From the NCBI GenBank assembly GCA_947507965.1, contig CANNQU010000008.1, positions 8,459 through 72,458 of the forward strand: a stretch of 64,000 nt of DNA, in the 5' to 3' direction. Both the position numbers and the translations under genes were made by a program. Shown piece after piece: positions 58,670 through 64,000 of the stretch (positions are counted from its first letter, which is position 1; each line of letters starts with the position of its first letter). The notes under the pieces are model-generated. The model was not told the DNA's origin. It was given only the letters and a program-made list of their open reading frames with translations, and searched no databases. This stretch comes from Bacteroidota bacterium (GTDB lineage Bacteria > Bacteroidota > Bacteroidia > UKL13-3).

Positions 58670-60558
58670 TATTTACCAAGTAAAAGTAGTTTCGAGGGCT
58701 TTAACGCCTCTCCGTTTTTAAATAATTTCAGAATGTACTCATCGGGCGATAACCCCATTAAATCATACGTTTTGCCATGTTTTCCTTTCGGTATCAGGGT
58801 GTTTTCTTCTCGCACAAGCTGCCCCTTCAGAGAGAAAATCTGAAGCAGAAATAAGGCGGTATCTTTCGATATTACATTTAAGTTAAGATAGCGCATCGTT
58901 GGGTTCGGCGAAAAATAGCTCGAGTCGGAGGTAATGGCAGGTGGTGCAATATCGCTGGTAGCCGTAATTTGCGCAATAAAATTACCCCAGGCATGTGTCG
59001 TTTCACCATAACAACCAAACACCCAGACTTCTGGTTTTGTGCTGTTATATTTCCGAGAGACACCGGTATAGTCGCCCCAACGCTCATTGCTGCCGATGCC
59101 ATAGTTTACATAACCATCTCCAGCTTTTACCAATATTGAACTGGAGGGCACCATATTATCGTCGATGGTGAGGGCCCTGATTTCGGGATAGATGGTGGTA
59201 TTCGACACTAAATAAGTTAGCAACGTGGTATTCTTAGATTCCAAATTACTAAAATGCATGATGGCTGGGAAGGCGTAGTTGAAACCCGTTTCCCCAATAT
59301 AAATTATTTTATTAAAATTCGTTGTAACATCAAATCGGCCATAGGCAACTACCGATACGGCGCCAAAAGAATTGGTGGGTGTTATCATGGCATAATGTAA
59401 AATGCCATCGGCATAGTATGCGCTACGAATGCGGTTCTTTTTTATATCGAGCCGTCGAGCGAAGTTTTTTTGCTGTGCATCGTTTGCCGGAGTGCTATAC
59501 CAATCGATGGTAACGGGCTTAACGATAAATTGTGAAGTAGCCACGTTCCATAAATCGGTAATCTCATAGAAGGTAATAATGGTGCCACTTGGGGGCGAAT
59601 TACTTACCAGATATACCTTGGGTCCATAGCTGTTATTGCTGCCATTAACTGCGGGCACCAGCGTGAAGGCGTTGTTATTGGTTCCATCCAAGATACCATC
59701 CCACACCTTATAATTTAAGCTGGCGGCTCCGGTATATCCGTCGGCCTTATTTATCTGTAATACGACCGACTGGTTAAAGGTATTGCCGGGGGAGAGAAAT
59801 AAATTACCTGTTATTATTAATTCTTTATCGTTGATGGCAATGTTCGGGTAATCGAACCAAGAGGAGGTGCCATCAAAATTACCGTTTAACGTATAAAAAT
59901 TCCAAGTCCCCATTGGGTTGTTAGTCTGCGAAAAACCGATGACAACTTTTGATGTGATATCGGTACTTCCACACAATACCACATAAACAAAACGATCAGA
60001 TTTTGGATCGTAGATTAAACGAGGGTCGAATAGCTCCGATTGCGTTATGGTTGGGTCGTTTAGGAAGGTATTAATATTCTTATCGGGAGTAAGGCGCGTT
60101 CCGGTACTATCATAAAAACCAATTTTTACGTTGATTGAAGCAACGATTTTACCGTCGTTGGATATCGCCATGGTATTGTCGGGAGGGGTGCCTTGGGTGT
60201 AGATGCTAAATTTGGCAGAAGCGCCCAACTGAAGGTCGCCACTATTGGTTTTATTTAAAGAGGCACGGCCATTATCCTCGAAATAAGTACTCCAAGAGGT
60301 GTTAGGCAAACGTCTTTTATGAAAAATAAAACGAGGGTCTCTCGTGTCGGGCTCTTGAGGCTCGAGGTGTGTTTTAAACGTGCTGTCAGGCCCGTCGGGG
60401 GGCAAATTGGCGACAACACATTGGCTACTTAAAGGGGCGCTACTTAAATAAGCGCTGGGCTTTTTATTTTGTGAAAAGGAAATCAGGGAACCAAAAACCA
60501 AGAAACCGATTAAACTACTGCGTATAAACATTGCCACGAAGTTACGAGAAAAAAACAA
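58669..60558 (-). CDS. Secreted hypothetical protein with a T9SS type-A C-terminal sorting domain
   Basis: N-terminal signal sequence. C-terminal ~80 aa (YFSPNP...LQIFSLKGQLV...GKHGKTYDL.GLSPDEYILKL...) resembles a T9SS CTD. Confidence 0.7.
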   Translation of the reverse strand: MFFSRNFVAMFIRSSLIGFLVFGSLISFSQNKKPSAYLSSAPLSSQCVVANLPPDGPDSTFKTHLEPQEPDTRDPRFIFHKRRLPNTSWSTYFEDNGRASLNKTNSGDLQLGASAKFSIYTQGTPPDNTMAISNDGKIVASINVKIGFYDSTGTRLTPDKNINTFLNDPTITQSELFDPRLIYDPKSDRFVYVVLCGSTDITSKVVIGFSQTNNPMGTWNFYTLNGNFDGTSSWFDYPNIAINDKELIITGNLFLSPGNTFNQSVVLQINKADGYTGAASLNYKVWDGILDGTNNNAFTLVPAVNGSNNSYGPKVYLVSNSPPSGTIITFYEITDLWNVATSQFIVKPVTIDWYSTPANDAQQKNFARRLDIKKNRIRSAYYADGILHYAMITPTNSFGAVSVVAYGRFDVTTNFNKIIYIGETGFNYAFPAIMHFSNLESKNTTLLTYLVSNTTIYPEIRALTIDDNMVPSSSILVKAGDGYVNYGIGSNERWGDYTGVSRKYNSTKPEVWVFGCYGETTHAWGNFIAQITATSDIAPPAITSDSSYFSPNPTMRYLNLNVISKDTALFLLQIFSLKGQLVREENTLIPKGKHGKTYDLMGLSPDEYILKLFKNGEALKPSKLLLLGK

Positions 60559-60756
60559 TACGAATCATTCTGTCGGGCTCTCTATTATTTTTGTTATTTC
60601 AGTATTTGATGGTGCTGGCGAAAATAAAATGATCCGCAAGGACCATGTCAATGATGTTTCGTCATTCCTATTCTGAAGCTCTCTTTTCGCAGATCCTAGA
60701 TCCAAGAACAAGTTACCATTGACGTGTTTTGATGCTAACGTTATTTCCTTTAAGAA

Positions 60757-60998
60757 GGAGATCCTTCCTTCATAGGATGACAATACAACACTGATTATTA
60801 AGGAGAATACACGAATGAATGATGGGACATAGAAATTTGAGTAGTTGATCCCATTGTATGGTCCTGACGCAGGAAGGATCTCAAAAACCAACACGAAAAA
60901 ACACCATTCATCAGCAACCACCAACCCACCCATGAAGCGACGGAAAACCGGATGCATTGACCCTGTTGTATGGTCATCCTGACGCAGGAAGGATCTCC
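60757..60998. repeat. Cluster of a ~30-bp hairpin-containing repeat (3 clear copies, one inverted)
   Basis: TTGTATGGTC(AT)CCTGACGCAGGAAGGATCTC(C) at 60855-60882 and 60966-60998. Reverse-complement copy GGAGATCCTTCCTTCATAGGATGACAATACAA at 60757-60788. A degenerate piece sits at 60631-60646. Confidence 0.75.
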
Positions 60999-61083
60999 TA
61001 CCCAAGAAAATAACTTCAGCATCAAAACCCCTCAAGATAGGATGGTCGCCCGGGATGTATTATTAATTCTTTATTTTTGGCCT

Positions 61084-61860
61084 ATGAAAATTAAGAAAGA
61101 TATCGTGGAAAATTGGTTGCCACGTTACACTGGCGTACCAATCGAAAACTTTAGTAAACATATATTACTTACCAATTTCAATAACTATGTCGACCTGTTT
61201 GCCCAAATGCATAAAGTGGAAGTATCAGGAGAGGATCGTGCCATGCGCTCTGCTACCGCCAACGGGATTACCATAATAAATTTTGGTATGGGAAGCGCCA
61301 ATGCGGCAACCGTCATCGACCTGTTAAGTGCAATACACCCCCAAGCTGTTTTGTTTTTAGGCAAGTGCGGAAGCCTAAAGGAGGAACCCAAAATAGGAAA
61401 TTATATTCTGCCTATCGCTGCCATTCGTGGAGAGGGTACCAGCAACGATTATTTTCCTGCCGAAGTTCCTGCCTTACCATCTTTTGCATTGCAAAAAGCC
61501 GTAAGTACTACCATTCGGGATAATGAAAGAGATTATTGGACCGGTACCGTTTACACCACCAACAGAAGAGTATGGGAGCATGACGAGGAAACGAAAGCGT
61601 ATCTGCGCCGAATTCGTTGCATGGCCGTTGATATGGAAACAGCTACTATTTTTATCACCGCATTCTATAATCATATTCCTGCCGGAGCATTGCTCTTAGT
61701 GAGCGATCAACCCATGACACCCGAAGGCGTGAAAACAGAGCAGAGCGATAAAAGCGTTACGGCAAATTACGTGCAGGAACATCTAAAAATCGGAATCGAC
61801 TCTCTCAATCAACTCATTAATGATGGATTAACCGTAAAACACCTTCGCTTTGAAGGATAG
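61084..61860 (+). CDS. amn: AMP nucleosidase (short, PNP/UDP-phosphorylase-fold type)
   Basis: MKIKKDIVENWLPRYTG...ILLTNF.NYVDLFA...INFGMGSANAAT..., GKCG, RGEGTSNDY and MAVDMETAT. The track ORF start at 60970 lies in the repeat region, so I moved the start to the ATG at 61084. Confidence 0.85.
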   Translation: MKIKKDIVENWLPRYTGVPIENFSKHILLTNFNNYVDLFAQMHKVEVSGEDRAMRSATANGITIINFGMGSANAATVIDLLSAIHPQAVLFLGKCGSLKEEPKIGNYILPIAAIRGEGTSNDYFPAEVPALPSFALQKAVSTTIRDNERDYWTGTVYTTNRRVWEHDEETKAYLRRIRCMAVDMETATIFITAFYNHIPAGALLLVSDQPMTPEGVKTEQSDKSVTANYVQEHLKIGIDSLNQLINDGLTVKHLRFEG

Positions 61861-61881
61861 TTGTTTTTCATCGTATCTTTG
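61849..61881 (+). promoter_or_regulatory. Candidate promoter (-33 TTTG, -7 TATCTTTG) for the DUF4293 gene
   Basis: TTTG at 61849-61852, a 21-nt spacer, then TATCTTTG at 61874-61881. The ATG follows at 61887, so the mRNA is nearly leaderless. Confidence 0.45.
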
Positions 61882-61886
61882 CACCT

Positions 61887-62333
61887 ATGATACAACGTAT
61901 TCAATCGGTTTTTTTACTTGTTGCTTCGGCATTTCAGGCTTGGCTACTCACCGCAGCTTTTTACACAGGCAAGGTTAAAGAGTATGATGTTACTTATACC
62001 GCTTGGCAAAGCATTAATACCGGGAGTGGTGAAACGCATTTCCATCTCCTTCATATCATCTTACAGTTCGGGCTTATTGGTGTTACCCTGTTTACCATCT
62101 TTAAGTTTAATAACCGAAAACAACAAATGAAGCTTTGTCTTTACCTTGTTTTAGGAACAATCCTTTCTTTTGTATTCAGCGTTTATACACTGTTCACCAC
62201 CAACTTCTCGGAGTATCATTTTGGTTTTGGCACCTACCTCATTTCTATACTTTTAATCGTATATGTTAGTGCCTATTTTTTTATTAAGAAAGACGACGAC
62301 CTAGTGAAAAGCACCGATCGACTACGCGAATAA
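61887..62333 (+). CDS. DUF4293-like small membrane protein
   Basis: MIQRIQSVFLLVA... N-terminus and 4 TM helices. Confidence 0.7.
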   Translation: MIQRIQSVFLLVASAFQAWLLTAAFYTGKVKEYDVTYTAWQSINTGSGETHFHLLHIILQFGLIGVTLFTIFKFNNRKQQMKLCLYLVLGTILSFVFSVYTLFTTNFSEYHFGFGTYLISILLIVYVSAYFFIKKDDDLVKSTDRLRE

Positions 62334-62394
62334 TCCGAAAATATCATAACCTACACACCCTTACGATTTCATCATTATTACCCCTGTTTTTACC

Positions 62395-64000
62395 ATGAAA
62401 AAATTTAAAGTTCTATTGATTTGTTTTTTCTTTTCTGCTTCTGCCTCCCAAGCTCAAGTAATCAGCATTAGCGCTGCCAGAGCTCTTTCTGTGGGCACCT
62501 CCTTTACCGTGCGAGGAATGGTTACGCACGGCAGTGAGTTGGGTGTGGCTATTCGTTATTTCCAAGATGCAACCGGAGGTCTTGCAGCCTATTCTGCAGC
62601 ACTCATGGGTGCCATTAATATTGGCGATAGCATCGAAATAACCGGCCCCGCAATGCAGTTTAATAATCTACTAGAGATGACCCCTTCAACGGTTACTGTG
62701 ATTAGTAGTAATAACCCTTTGCCCACACCCATTGAGCTAACCAGTGCTTTAGCATTTACCGAGCCCTATGAAGGCATGTTGGTAAAAGTTAAGGGGGTCA
62801 TGGTTACCGGCGTTGGCACCTTTTCGGCGGGCACCTCAGGCCAAAACTACAAGCTCGACAACAGCACCATTACTCAGGCACGTATCTTACCAACTACCGA
62901 TATTGCCGGAAAACAAATACCCCCTTCAATATGTAATATTACAGGTATTATGAGCCAGTTTTCTGCGTCGGCGCCTGCTGCCGGGTATCAGTTACTTCCA
63001 CGGGCCTATGCCGATTTTGATTTGGATAACGGGCCCAAAATACTTACCTCCATAGGCCAGAAGAACATAACCACCACTAGTTTTGATGTTTTTTTTACGA
63101 CTCAAAATCCAGGAAGCACTACGATTAAATATGGTATTACCCCATCGTTGGAGCTTGGTACCGTAACCGATACCAATAAAGTTTTATCACATACCATAAA
63201 ACTATCGGGCCTACAGCCGGCTACCATATACTATGTGAAAGCCATCACGCTTAAATCCAATGGCGACTCTTCGGTAACGGCTCCGGTGCTCATGAGCACG
63301 GCGTCGCTTTCTTCAGGCACCATCAAAATAATGTTTAATAGAGACGTTAGAAACGCCTTAGCAACGTTTACCAATGCATTGTATTGCTATCAAGGTATTG
63401 ATGATACGATAATAAATTATATCAACAGAGCAAAGAGCACCATCGATATCGCCATGTATAACTGGAATAACAGCGGGGTGAGCGATATCACCGCTGCGGT
63501 TAACGACGCCTATACGCGTGGAGTTAAAATACGTTTGGTATATGATGGGGGCAATGCCAATATCGGTTTAGGGTCGCTCAATCCGGCCATCGGCAAAATT
63601 GCCAGTCCACAAAGCTCCCTCTATTCCATCATGCATAATAAATTTGTGATTATCGATGCCAATAGCGCAAACGCAAACGACCCATTCGTGTTTTCCGGAA
63701 GCACCAACTGGACGAGCGGACAGCTCAACGCCGACGCCAATAATCAAGTGATAATTCAAGATCAATCGCTGGCAAGGGCCTACACGCTTGAGTTTGAAGA
63801 GATGTTTGGAAGCACCGGGTTAGCGCCCAATTCAGGCAATGCTCGCTTCGGTCAGTTTAAAACAAACAACACCCCCCACCAGTTTGTAATTGGAGGAAAG
63901 CAGGTGGAACAGTATTTTAGTCCGAGTGATAACGTAACGCAACAAATAATTACGGCCATTAAAAGTGCCAATACCGACTTGTTTTTTCAAATTCTAACGT
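62395..64000 (+). CDS. Secreted phospholipase-D-family (HKD) protein with OB-fold-like and Fn3-like N-terminal domains, 3'-truncated at the window edge
   Basis: Absent from the ORF track because it has no stop. I translated frame 1 from the ATG at 62395 to 63999 and found no stop. Signal peptide MKKFKVLLICFFFSASASQAQ. HKD motif HNKFVIID at 63634-63657. Confidence 0.8.
   Translation, partial: MKKFKVLLICFFFSASASQAQVISISAARALSVGTSFTVRGMVTHGSELGVAIRYFQDATGGLAAYSAALMGAINIGDSIEITGPAMQFNNLLEMTPSTVTVISSNNPLPTPIELTSALAFTEPYEGMLVKVKGVMVTGVGTFSAGTSGQNYKLDNSTITQARILPTTDIAGKQIPPSICNITGIMSQFSASAPAAGYQLLPRAYADFDLDNGPKILTSIGQKNITTTSFDVFFTTQNPGSTTIKYGITPSLELGTVTDTNKVLSHTIKLSGLQPATIYYVKAITLKSNGDSSVTAPVLMSTASLSSGTIKIMFNRDVRNALATFTNALYCYQGIDDTIINYINRAKSTIDIAMYNWNNSGVSDITAAVNDAYTRGVKIRLVYDGGNANIGLGSLNPAIGKIASPQSSLYSIMHNKFVIIDANSANANDPFVFSGSTNWTSGQLNADANNQVIIQDQSLARAYTLEFEEMFGSTGLAPNSGNARFGQFKTNNTPHQFVIGGKQVEQYFSPSDNVTQQIITAIKSANTDLFFQILT

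Noticed and set aside
60631-60998. Possibility that the repeats form a CRISPR array
   Set aside because: There are only about 3 clear copies with irregular spacing (~70-85 nt), one copy is inverted, and there are no cas genes in the window.
60565-61035. 156-aa (and nested 75-aa) minus-strand ORFs in the spacer upstream of AMP nucleosidase
   Set aside because: Their sequence is largely a translation of the ~30-bp repeats (RSFLRQDD..., ILPASGPYNG...). There is no signal, domain or plausible promoter context. Treated as non-coding repeat DNA.

Overview
64-kb chromosomal segment that reads as Bacteroidota. Support: type-A and type-B T9SS C-terminal sorting domains, TAnnTTTG -7 promoter boxes, little Shine-Dalgarno signal, and roughly 40% GC by eye (not computed). 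From left to right it contains: a 5'-truncated T9SS surface protein; ribH, a GT-like gene and pdxA; a DUF1569 gene; a hipBA-type toxin-antitoxin pair; dxs; an 11-gene NADH dehydrogenase operon (nuoABCDHIJKLMN, no nuoEFG) followed by a tightly linked 131-aa orphan; a DEAD-box helicase and a fatty-acid desaturase; an outer-membrane barrel plus beta-propeller lipoprotein pair; a minus-strand block with a CAP-domain lipoprotein, a membrane protein and two tandem paralogous outer-membrane proteins; yifB/comM-like and pheS; a 397-bp very AT-rich spacer with clustered DnaA-box-like 9-mers; an Ig-like lipoprotein, a methyltransferase, mnmG, ybeY, a T9SS type-B protein and an M16 peptidase pair; a ~15-kb glycan locus (40.6-55.2 kb); hbd and three unknown envelope genes; a 525-bp non-coding region with ~30-bp hairpin repeats; AMP nucleosidase, a DUF4293 gene and a 3'-truncated secreted PLD-family protein. 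I saw no rRNA, tRNA, CRISPR array, transposase or integrase. The glycan locus is the most notable part. It has rfbF-rfbG-rfbH (CDP-3,6-dideoxyhexose genes) translationally coupled to an SDR reductase and a TPP enzyme, which resembles the YerF/YerE pair of yersiniose biosynthesis. It also carries several methyltransferases, glycosyltransferases, an acetyltransferase and a flippase. Other notable items are the candidate replication origin, the CsgG/LpoB-like-domain plus barrel paralog pair, and the repeat cluster near 60.8 kb. All functional calls rest on motif recognition by eye, with no database search.
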